DNA of 63,458 nt, the filler included, from Lenisia limosa (taxonomy: Eukaryota > Protista > Breviatea), in NCBI GenBank assembly GCA_001655205.1. It is 12 parts of 12 records of this genome, joined end to end, with 100 filler letters (N's around TTAATTAATTAA, not from the genome) between each part and the next. Parts side by side here need not be neighbours in the genome. Positions count along the whole stretch, not along the records: positions 7,107 to 30,640 come from LPNZ01009183.1; positions 30,741 to 37,509 come from LPNZ01002517.1; positions 37,610 to 40,725 come from LPNZ01008774.1; 9 more parts are not named here. The stretch is one strand, 5' to 3'. The position numbers were made by a program, and so were the translations under genes. The notes under the pieces are model-generated. The model had not been told where the DNA came from and did not search any database. It saw only the letters and a list, made by a program, of their open reading frames with translations. Every line of letters starts with the position of its first letter. The first letter of the stretch is position 1. Of the stretch, positions 26,438-38,094 are shown one piece after another.

Positions 26438-28460
26438 ATGGTAAGCTTCTGCTATTAAAATGAAGAGCGTGATTAGCAATTCTAATGTGTTAGCCAAAAA
26501 AGAAGACTGGTCAAGCGAAGAAGAAAGATGAACAGAAAAGAAGGCAAAAAGAACTTGCAAATCTGAAGGTATTATTGATAACCACATTATTCTTTCTTCC
26601 AATGGAATTTATTTTTCAGTACTATTAGGCACTTCAAGGTTGTTATGATTCAGGCATCTGATGCCTACATCTTAGAGAAAAGTCCTGCCAATGCCACCAT
26701 GGTCTGTGATAAGTGTGACACGTAAGAGGAGATGTCTTTCATGATGCTATGGCATTTCTCCCCTATCAGCTTCTACCAGATCTTCCTATTTTATTGACTC
26801 ATTTTTACATTTATCAATTCCTTTTAGCCGTCAACGTAACAGAGCGTTTTGCTACTTCTGTGCTGCAGTTCAAAGATTACCTCAGTGTGCTGAGTGTGGT
26901 GAGAGGACTTTGGTGGACTATGGTCAACAAATGCAAATATCATGCCTGATTGATCTAGGAAAGTCTAAATGTATGGCCGGGTCTGGCGATTGCCTGGTTA
27001 AGCACCCTGGTAGACATGTCACTGGAATTCAACTGGTTGGATTCTTTGGGAAGTTTTGCTAGTAAAACACTTCTCTTTGTATTATTTATTTCGTTTTGTA
27101 GGTTGGAGCAGTATGCGCTTTCTGTGATGCGTGGGTTTGTCACTCAAAGTAGGGGGTTGGGGGCTTTTTGATAACTTTCTTTCTAAATCGCAGTGGTTTA
27201 TTGTCTCAGAAAATGTATTCAAAAACACACCTGTCCACGGTGTCCTCTTGAACATGCCCAATGTATTGAATGCCAGGTTTGCCCAAGTTAACAATGAAAT
27301 AGTTCAGACATTGTTTATTGAATTACTCTACATTGTCATATAATATATCTCATCTAGTACGAATACAGGTTTCAACTCATCTATTAGAGAACCATTTTCG
27401 ATCATGGAGGAAGAGTTTTTATTTGCGCTCATTGCGGGTATGGTTGAATGCCTCAACTACTTGACTGTTGACAAATCTCTTTAATCTGCATTTCTAGATC
27501 ACACATTTGCGAGGATGACAATATGGAACACCAGGCTAGTTGTACTAAAATCGACAAAGAAACCTTCAAATGTAGTTTTGGAGGTTTATGTGCTATTTAT
27601 ACTCTTCGTTTGCTCTATCTTGTAGTATTTATTATCTGGTTATTTATTCACTCTAGGTATGTCATGCAATAAATTTGGGTCGTACTCGTGTCTCAAGTGC
27701 AAGATTTCGTTTTGTGACGACCATGCAAGAAGAAAGGGTTGGTTTATTCTTCGTCAAACACCACATTCTTTGGACTACAAGGAAGCATGGCATTGTGAAA
27801 GGGATTCAATTCTTTGATTTTTGACTTTGAAGGTGTTAAGTACAACAACGCTGACCCGATTCCATGTCCGAAGTGTGGATACAAATGCACAGAAACAAAA
27901 GCAGTCGCGATGTCAAGTGAGTTGAATCTCATTATCATTGTTTCAATGAGTAGAATGCTCATTTTGGAATGCTCATTATGATGAGATTTCTCACACTGTT
28001 CAGCGAAGACTCATGAATACGGACGACAGCAAATTGAATATGATGTGGGGGGGGGGGGNNNNNNNNNNNNNNNNNNNNNNNNNNNNNNNNNNNNNNNNNN
28101 NNNNNNNNNNNGAATATTTAATACATATTGGATTGTTTCAAAGAAAAGTTGATTATTTAGGATGATGATTTGGGTGGTCACTTCAGCAGCATGAACTTCT
28201 TCTCATCTGCGAAGGTAAAAGGAGGGTTCATCAAACTCACCAACCAGCCGTCCTTCACCTTCGGAGGCCAAGCCATTGAAGGTTGCTCAGATGATGATAG
28301 CGATGACGATGAGGATGGTTATGACGACGATGACGAGGAGGAAGATGGCGATGAGTCCGATGAGGTGGGTGAGGATTTTTTGCTATTCATATTTGTGCAT
28401 CTTTGATACTTTAGTAAATCGATAGATCTGAAGGCAACATGTCTGATTGTAATTAATGTA
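26438..28460 (+). CDS. ZNF330: NOA36 / ZNF330 nucleolar zinc-finger protein (3' end approximate)
   Basis: M|PKKKTGQAKKK, PANATMVCDKC, FCYFCAAVQRLPQCAECG, CEDDNMEHQASC, CNKFGSYSCLKCKISFCDDH, CPKCGYKCTETK, acidic Asp/Glu tail. Confidence 0.9.
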
Positions 28461-28581
28461 TATGAAGGTATTGGTTGAACCCTGGCCTCACTTCAGTTGT
28501 ATTACATTACACACATACGCACACAAATGTCGTATTCATATTTGAAGGGGAATACCATATAGGAGGTGAAAAAGGAAGAGG

Positions 28582-29418
28582 TTACTCAAGAGCCTTGTTA
28601 TGGAAAGCTGTGAACGTTCGTAGCACATGGTTAAAAACAGACTCAAAACCATCTTGACCACCTGGAAAGGTAACACGGGGATTAGGCTAGGAAGAGACAG
28701 TTTAAAACCTAAAACATGACTTGAGTACCATAATAAGGGTCGTCAACCTCCATTTTGCCTTTCGGGTCGTATTCACCAAATAATTCCACTTTTGCCTTAC
28801 AGCTTTTCGGCATCAGCTTCCTGAAAGATCACAGAGAGTAGAAGCAAAAAGAGAAAAAAAAAAAAAAAAAAAAAAAAANNNNNNNNNNNNNNNNNNNNNN
28901 NNNNNNNNNNNNNNNNNNNNNNNNNNNNNNNNNNNNNNNNNNAAGTTGGATTTATCCATGCAGAGAATATAGTCGAACTTGTTAAAGTCAGCCTTGGCAA
29001 ACTGCCTTGCTGCATGAGCGGTGGGGTAACCATCTGACTAATGTAAGGATAGCTTTTCAATATTGAAAAAGAATCTTTTCTTGGACTACCCCATATATTT
29101 TGATATCATCCTATCCCACGAGATTTCAAGGTATCCTGCATTCGGTGATCACCAGAGTCCCCGACATGGTAACCACAAGTACCACATGAGTCAAAGGAAA
29201 ACTCTGCTTCCGTGTCTGAAGAGGAGCGTGAACTTATCACAGCTTATATGATTGGTGAACCAATGGTGAACACACAGTGAAAACAATTTATATTTTTGCG
29301 ACCCTAGAAGGGCTATCAAAATCCTACCTTGACTTTTGGTGAAATGCCTCGCCACACAAATTGCGCAATACGACCTGCAAATGTTTCCTAAACACACAAA
29401 TAAGACGGATTTAACCAT
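28582..29418 (-). CDS. ACP1: Low-molecular-weight protein tyrosine phosphatase (ACP1-like)
   Basis: [16 protein letters not shown] (CX5R P-loop), [53 protein letters not shown], stop at 28582-28584. Confidence 0.9.
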
Positions 29419-29615
29419 GATAAGCTGGAAGGAAGCAGCCTGTCAGCTGCGTAAGAGACCCGAGTAACTCCCATAACAACCCCACAAATGATTTGTTGCG
29501 GACCCAACCGGGTTGTTAGTTTAGTTCTTTGGTAGTGTGTCGGGGTCCGGTAGTAAGTGTGTGTAATAATAGACAGAATAAATATTAAGAAGCATCAGAT
29601 TATAATCATCTTATC

Positions 29616-30640
29616 ATGGAGGGGGAGTACGAAGGAGACTCTCTCGCAGACTTCGCCTTTTCTGTTGATGACGGGTTAGCGTTCACTATATAACTGAAAT
29701 AACGTTTACCTTCAACTTTAGAAACCAGCGCCCGGATTACCGTGAAGAGAAAGTTGGACATAAATCCCATGGTGACGTTGAAGCAAAATTAGAAGAGGTT
29801 TGAAAGGGTCATAGTTGAATATTTATTGTATCTTAGGTTCGGCTTTTCCTACAGCGAACTGAACTGGACACGCTCCTCCCCAATTCCTCCAAAGTTAGTA
29901 GTTTGACCTTTTTTTTTTGTTCTTTTTTGGTCTCAATGCTTAGGTTGTCGTGTTGGATACACAGCTCCAAATTAAAATGGCATTTTATGCCCTTGTGGAA
30001 AATGGTGGGTTACCTATATGTATATGGGAGGGGGTGTCCAGATTGTGTGTTGTAGCTTTTGATTTTCCTTACAATATTAGAGATCCGAACAGCGCCTCTC
30101 TGGAACTCCAAGGACGAAATATATGAGGTTTGATAGAGGTAATCCAATTTTATTTTGATTTGAGCTGTATCTCTTGGATGTTTAATGGATTTGAGCTGTA
30201 TCTCTTGGATGTTTAATGGATCTGAAATCATGGATTTTTTTTCTCCAAGAATACTTCACAGAAGATGCACTTCGATTTCATGTTTTTTTTTTTTTTTTTG
30301 TTNNNNNNNNNNNNNNNNNNNNNNNNNNNNNNNNNNNNNNNNNNNNNNNNNNNNNNNNNNNNNNNNNNNNNNNNNNNNNNNNNNNNNNNNNNNNNNNNNN
30401 NNNNNNNNNNTTTTTTGTTATCCAGTATATCTCCTTTAAATTCCTATTAATCAACAAATAGGCTTCAAAGGGGATTCAAGTTGAAAATTTGGGCTTATTT
30501 GTTAGAGCTCTATGTATCCCATATTTGTTACTTTGACAAGAATTTGAAACCAACTTTTGGAATGAATTATAAAACAAATCACCCCGAAAATGAAGGTTAA
30601 CCAAAGTCAAGATCATTTTACTTCCTATTTTAGACTTGTT
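29616..30640 (+). CDS. AMP-activated protein kinase gamma subunit (SNF4/PRKAG-like), 3' truncated
   Basis: Spliced LDTLLPNSSK-VVVLDTQLQIKMAFYALVEN...IRTAPLWNS resembles CBS1 of AMPK gamma ([37 protein letters not shown]). Confidence 0.8.
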
Positions 30641-30740
30641 NNNNNNNNNNNNNNNNNNNNNNNNNNNNNNNNNNNNNNNNNNNNTTAATTAATTAANNNN
30701 NNNNNNNNNNNNNNNNNNNNNNNNNNNNNNNNNNNNNNNN

Positions 30741-33700
30741 CAGCAATACGGCTCTCCAAACGGTTACGCCCAGCAGTACCCGCAGCAATACATGCCTCAG
30801 AGGTGGGAATACTCAGAAAGAATTCCAAATAACAATGATCCAAGTTTTACATCAGCAGCAGAGTTCATTCATAGTGTTGATTAATTGTAAAATGAAATTA
30901 ATGTGTAATGCATATACTAGACGCTCTAGAGGTGAGGGTGTAGTCTTGGGAGAACGATACTATATTTAAGGGGGAATACCATGAACAAAACTACCATACT
31001 TCCGCTTGCGATACAGTATATGCTCAAAGATGGGCTGATATGATCATATGTGTCGAAAGGATGAACAGAGATAACACAAGGGTTCATCACGAGTGAATCA
31101 GAGTTTCATTGAGACTTAGATTGTCATACGAGTGTGGTACCATTCCAAATTCAATGCATAGAGTCCACAGTATTTAAGTTTAATCTTTGCGTGCTTCTCA
31201 AATGTTGACATTGTTGTTTATTATTATTATCTGTTCATAAATTTTCCATTTTACCCCCCTCCTTCACAGGTCCTGGCAGTCACCTTCACCCTTTATGTAC
31301 CAACAGCAGCAGCAAAGCGTGTACTATGTAGGGGGTGTTTTACTGGGGTGAAGATGTCAAGCAATTTTTTCAAAGAGAAGCAAGAGCAATAACTTGGAGG
31401 GGGGGAGGGAGGTAAAATAGAACAATATTATGATGATTTGCCAAGAGAGTGAAGGGAGTTTATTGAACCAGCTCTTCCCCCCATTCACCTCCCTCAGGAT
31501 GATGCTCCACCTCCCCACCACCACCACAACAGGTCCCCTATGATGGACATGCGGCAACAGCGCAACGTATGGAGGGGTATTGATTGTGTGGCCAATAATT
31601 ATATATTGATATATATGTCTATCTGAGACATGCAGAAAGCTGTGTGTACAGATTTGTAAGGCAAATGACAGAAAGAGAGAGAAATTCACACCACACCCCC
31701 TAACCATTTAGCGTCGTAAGCGCGAGGACATGGCGGCGTTCAGAATCGACATTGCTGCCATCCTGCAGGTACAGGGGGGAGGGGGGGTAGAGAATCCTCG
31801 GCTATTTTTTGGCTTTATTTAAGTTCCACTTTTGGTTCTGAAAAACGACGGATTAATAATCGATATCGATGATTTCGTCATTTTGCACCTTCAGAGTTTT
31901 TCATATTGGTTCAAATTTATCGTATTCTACCGTGTCCCTAGTTTCTATTCAATGTACATTATATACTTCCTGATGCGAATATTGAGCTAGTAGTCGTGTT
32001 AGGACTAATCAATATCATTCTCTACTTATCTTGAGCCCGCATTCTATACTTATCTCTCACTGTGTAGGGCGAGGAGACACGTTCCACTGTAATGGTCCGC
32101 AATGTTCCCAATAAGTACACCTGTAATATGCTGATGGAGGTGCGAGGGCTGGTTTTACGCAACCATTCTTGGTTATTATGCAGCGAACAACTATACGTAT
32201 ATATATGCTTACCATTTTCATATCTCCACATGTTTACCATTTTCATATCTCGACATACTTACCATATCCAGATCTTCACAAGCTTAACCTTCACAAGCTT
32301 ACCATATCCAGACCTTTACACGCTTACCATTTTCATATTTACACGTACTTACCGCATCCAGACCTTCGCTGATTTCGAGCATCTCTACGACTTCTTCTAC
32401 CTTCCAATCGACTTCACCAATAAAGTGGGGGGGGGGTATTATGAATGACAAAAAAAGAGTGGAAGGAGGCGGTGACAATAAACAATTTATCAAAAAACAA
32501 ACCCGAAATCAACTTGATTGGGGGGTGAAGTGTCAGTTCTTTCCTCCATTCTCCACACCCCTTCCCTCCCCCGCCTCCCATATATCTAGGGCTTCACTTC
32601 GGTTCGAAAAATGACTGAATTTCTCGATAAATCCTCGAAAACTATCGATATTTTACGCCCTAGATATATCCCTCCATTCCTTCACCATAGCCCTCCATTC
32701 CGCCTACAATTCCCATCTATCCCTCCATACGGCCTACAATTCCCATCTATCCCTCCATTCCGCCTACAATTCCTGTCACCCTGCAGTGCAACGTAGGCTA
32801 TGCCTTCATCAACTTCCTCGACGCCCAAACGGTGGTGGAGTTCTCAAAGCGTTTCAACGGCTTCCGCTGGCAGCGGTTCAACAGCGAAAAGATTGCCGAG
32901 ATCACTTTTGCTCGCCTCCAGGGTGGGAGGTGGCTTTTCTTTTAATTGTGTTGGGTATTAAAAAGGCCAACGATAATTAGATCATCCTGGCTTCGCCAAT
33001 ATACCAATCATATGAGGCAGACCCAATTTACCTTACTTACCATTTAAGGCAATTCCGATTTCCTAACTTACCATATCAGGCAAGTGCAGCCTTGTGCAGC
33101 ACTTCCAGAACTCGTCTCTGATGAGAGAAGACGAGTCCTACCGCCCCCGCTTGTTTGCTTCTGACGGCTCGGGTCTCGAGGAGCCTTTCCCGGCTCCTTC
33201 AAATGCCAGACAGGTGGGTGGACTCCACTCTGGTCTTTTACACTATGGGATACATATCGACTGGGCATTGCCATAAAATTATCGGGGATTATCATGGTTT
33301 CTATTTTGTATGGAATTATATGTGCTTATGTGGAAATCTGAAGACATTTATGGGATTCCCAAATACAAAATGGGAGTTGATGCACTGTATGTATTTGGAG
33401 TGCAAGAAATACAGCTACGTACTTAAAGAATTCTTCCCCATTTTGACAAATAAACAATCGTGTGGACAACTCTGTTCTGTTGCTCCCTTTAAGTTCGAAG
33501 GAAATCATCTGTCTGGTCTGATAAAATTTCGCCCTCTCATTCCCCGCAGCAGCCCGTGAAAATGGAACGGATTTCTCCCCCTCAGCAGAGACGATTCAAG
33601 CAGCAACAGGTAGGGCAAGGGGGGGGGGGGGGNNNNNNNNNNNNNNNNNNNNNNNNNNNNNNNNNNNNNNNNNNNNNNNNNNNNNNNNNNNNNNNNNNNN

Positions 33701-34465
33701 NNNNNNNNNNNNNNNNNNNNNNNNNNNNNNGAGCTATTTACAAATTATTTTGAATATCAGCTGCATTGTACTTAACTGGCTCTCTGAAATGTACCTTTTT
33801 TAAAAATATTCCAATTTCAAATCCTGTATTGAAAGAAGGAAAACTAAACCAACTATCCGTGTGACTCTTTTAAACCAATCTGGAGATCAAACCATGTAAC
33901 CGGAACCGAAACTCGATTTTCAAAACTGATAACCGAGAACCGGAACCGGGAATGAAGCTTTGTTTGTATACCATCCTCTTTTGGGCAACTTTGTGGTTCA
34001 TGTCATGCTTTTCTGTGTGAAAATATCGATAGTTTTCGAGGATATATCGAGAAATTCAGTCTTTTTTTGAAATGAAGTGAAGCCCTAACTGTACCTGATT
34101 GTTTAGGGTAATGTCTTTCCCCAGCAATATCCGCAATACGCGAACCAGGTAAGTTGCTGTTGCAATATAACTATGATTTCCCTTAACTAACAAAGGTGTC
34201 AGTCACCTCCTTTAACTGTCATATATTTCATGTCTTGTATTGTTTAAATTCACTGCATAATTTGTTGCTTTTTTTGAACAAGAGCAATAATATACAGTAG
34301 AAATCTGTTGCATAGCGTCAACGTTGCCCCATATTTAGTACTCATACCTAGATTCATTGAAAACATTCCTTGCACTGTGAAGCCAGGGAAAACGTCTAAT
34401 ATCTTCAGTCGTTCACCCAGCCCCAATACCCCTCCCAGCGGTACTACCTCCCAGCCCAATTCTAA
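30741..34465 (+). CDS. Mei2-like RRM protein (5' partial), Gln/Tyr/Pro-rich flanks
   Basis: [78 protein letters not shown]...YRPRLF is the Mei2 RRM3 signature; last exon SFTQPQYPSQRYYLPAQF*. Confidence 0.85.
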
Positions 34466-36200
34466 TATCCCCATGTCAGTTTTGCCCCTATTTTCTTCTT
34501 GTTTTCGAGCTGTGCGCTAGTGTTTCCCTGCCATGTTTCTCCTATGTATTCAGACTCTAATCCAATTGGGGAGGGGGGAATGAACATGTACATCAATTTG
34601 ATATAAGATGGGATGCTTAAGAAACTGGACTTTCAATTGACATAAAAACACTATTTGTTGAAAACTGACGCTAAAACACGCCACAGTATAAAAATCCCAA
34701 AATTGAGGCGTTGAATGTTGACATTACTTCACTGGCAGTTGTTTTCATCTCATGGTACTGGAGCTTATTGCGTCACCAGATTCGCAACTAAAATCCCAAC
34801 ATTAGCGCTAATCTCTAGCATTTTAGCGATTAAGATTGACCAATATTATTCTAAATAGTCTATACTGCAGCTTGCAGTTTTGTTATCCAAAAGAACAGCC
34901 AATGAATCTAGGCTACTGTCAGTCTAAAGAAATTTAGTAAAAGATGACCATATGGAGTCATATTGTAACTGCTGATAAGTTGTCAAATTAGTTATTGTAA
35001 CTGCTGATATGTTTGTCAAATTAGGCTATTCCAACAAAACTTTTCATTAAAGAAAAACTATATTCATCAAACTAAGACAACTATATTCAACAAATATAAA
35101 ACTGAGCTTCCCTGCCTTTAATATTCTTAAACATTCGATATTTTGCATATTTGCGCGTATCAAGTCTGATACCGAAGACTGAGGGATTTATTTGAAATTG
35201 GGTATCCACAAGATTTCCCAAAATAATTGAGATTCAAGATTCAAATAGTACTTTAAATTTCATATGGTTTTGTCAGAAATTTGAATAATGAAAAATGTTG
35301 CAGGTGTGTTTCGACAGTTGTACCATTAACACTTTCTTTGTTTATACTGTGCTGCTAGCAATATAACATAATAAATACTTAGAATATACTAACATTTTGT
35401 ACAGCAGCAGCCTTTACCTCTTTCAGTTTGTCAGATTCGAAACTAGAAGCATCGCACTCACGTCCTTGCATCCTTCCAGCCATCAACTACACTTGATCTT
35501 GACCCTCCCCTCCCTTCACCAGCTGTCGAACAACCACCATCCAAGCACCTAACCTTCAGCAGCGCCACTAACTTTACATAAAGGAAACCCATTTTCTAAC
35601 AAGGTCCAAGTGAGTAAGTAACATTATGTGTTTCTTGTCAGCGGGAATTCCATTGAGGTTTTATACAGTTCCATCATTCCTTTGGGTTTTAGTTATTTAA
35701 TTTTCTTCTGGATGTATTCATTGATCATATGATATCTCATATTATATGTTTGTGTATGATGATATACTTTGAGGTGTATTCAAAGAGTAATGGAAGAGTG
35801 CTGGGTGAGAGTTTCGTTGGAAATCACATTGCAAATTGGTGACGACTTATCCTGGTCACTATCTGTGTCTAACTGAGATGACCTTGTATAATTAATAATA
35901 ATATTTCTCCAAGTATTTAATTATATCTCATATTGTAGAAACAGTGCTTCAGAATAATAGCTTCAGGAATGTCTTTTGTTTTCATTCTCGAGCCTATCTT
36001 CACTATTTTTATTGTAAAATGTGTCGTTCTATCACCCCAGATCCAAGTTTATGTTTTAAAACATATTTTCCAAAAACTGAACTGAACTGAACTTTCTAAG
36101 TTAGGAAAGTTTAAAATTTCGTACCTATTTTTAGCAAATTTTTATAAATGTCGTATCATGAACGAGAAAGATTATGATAACACGGAAATCGATTGTTAAT

Positions 36201-36290
36201 ATTTCCATAAGCACGAATAACAGCTTCACATCTACGAGGCATGGTCAAAAACTCTAAGCAGGCATCGAAGCTTAAAGCTTTTGTAATACA
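36201..36290 (-). pseudogene. Tc1/mariner transposase C-terminal remnant
   Basis: Translation ALSFDACLEFLTMPRRCEAVIRAYGN resembles the conserved Tc1 C-terminal SMPRRCxAVIxAKG motif; no upstream DDE domain seen. Confidence 0.5.
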
Positions 36291-36375
36291 TGTGCGCCAA
36301 AATTTCAAATTGAAGAAATTCCAAAAAGAGGTACGAAATTCCAAAAATTTTCTAATTCTGAAAGCTTAGTTCAGT

Positions 36376-37435
36376 TCACTTCAATCTATATTTGCTTAAA
36401 AAGTTGTTCACCCTCAATCCACCCTTGTTTTGTTTTCTGTTGTTAAGATATCTGTGTTTCTCTGTTTCGCTCAAAATTGCAGATGGAATTTCGACAATAG
36501 AATATTTCAGTGAAATCATGGACTGTTTGTACAACCACAGAGATACCATTGAAATCATAAATATCCGCCAAAATAAAACCAGCACAAAACCATAGAACGT
36601 GACAAGATTAGGTCTTCTTCTTCTTACCAAAGACCATACCAAGAACCGCGTTGTCAGCGCTCGTCGTTTCCTTGTCACTTTCACGAGTTCTTTTGGCTGC
36701 TCGTTGCGTGAAAGTTCGCTGATGGGGGGGGGGGGGTCAAAATGGAAAATTTTTGAAAATAAAAAAGCCCAAAATGGCAAGCAACACACGCTGGTTGAAA
36801 ACAGGGGTGAAAAATGCAAATTTTTGAAACAAATCAAAGTCTAAATGTAATTTTAAGATAGTATCCCCCCTCCCTACCACGACCTTCTTGCCCTCATCTT
36901 GGATAGAGATCTCCTCGCCGCGCATGGCCTTTTTAAGCAGCTTCTTCTCGTCACTGTCCTCCATCCGCTTGATCGTTGCGGAGTGCTCCAGGTTCTTAAC
37001 CAGTTGGTCTGCTTCTTTCTGGGGGGGGGGGGGGNNNNNNNNNNNNNNNNNNNNNNNNNNNNNNNNNNNNNNNNNNNNNNNNNNNNNNNNNNNNNNNNNN
37101 NNNNNNNNNNNNNNNNNNNNNNNNNNNNNNNNNNNNNNNNNNNGGCTAGAAACACATGATGATTGAAATCAACTAAACAAACAAAGCCCAGACAGTCGCT
37201 TCTCTGCAACCCATTCGTTAAATGGAGCTTTCAATAATTTTGATAAAAGAAAAAATAAATAAAATCAAACTAGGACTGATATTGGAGTGAACATGTACAA
37301 CTGGATAAGACAAGATGAAATTCGCATCTTATAGTCAGCAGCCCAAAAGAATACCAAATGTCCTACCTTAGCATGGGAGAATTCCTTTCTAACGCGTTGT
37401 TCGCGTACGGCTCTGTCATAGGCTATTGCAGGTGA
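36376..37435 (-). CDS. ESF2: Pre-rRNA-processing protein ESF2/ABT1, C-terminal exons (5' partial)
   Basis: AIAYDRAVREQRVRKEFSHAK|KEADQLVKNLEHSATIKRME resembles ESF2 (IAYExAVRxQxLRxEISQAKxExxxYLxNVEKS); ends GGLRVNNFLSKYRLK*. Confidence 0.7.
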
Positions 37436-37654
37436 GAAAAGAACGCAAAATGAAAATGTAATAAATGCCATAGCACCACCCCAAAAAATCAATCAACCCC
37501 CCCCCCCCCNNNNNNNNNNNNNNNNNNNNNNNNNNNNNNNNNNNNNNNNNNNNTTAATTAATTAANNNNNNNNNNNNNNNNNNNNNNNNNNNNNNNNNNN
37601 NNNNNNNNNTTTTGTCCACTGATCCGCATTTTGTCCAGTGATCCGCATTTTGAC

Positions 37655-37686
<32 letters not shown>

Positions 37687-38094
37687 AGTGAGTGTGTCTA
37701 AGGGTCTTAACTAGATAAATATTTTGTTGTGTGCCTTTTTTGTTAGTTTTTTTGGCAGGAATTCTTATTATGTTTACTACAAAGATTATTTTCAATAAAG
37801 TAGAAAAAGTTGATACAATGGGGGGGGGGGGTAAATTTTACTAGGCCCTATATCTANNNNNNNNNNNNNNNNNNNNNNNNNNNNNNNNNNNNNNNNNNNN
37901 NNNNNNNNNNNNNNNNNNNNNNNNNNNNNNNNNNNNNNNNNNNNNNNNNNNNNNNNATACTGTACAATGACCAGTATAACTTTGACCGATTTGCTGTGTG
38001 ATTTCCCGGGGGAAAACGATCAAGACTTATCCCGGAAAAAATATTAGACAAAAATAAAAAGTATAATGTGAAGATTAAATATCTTAACGTCCTC

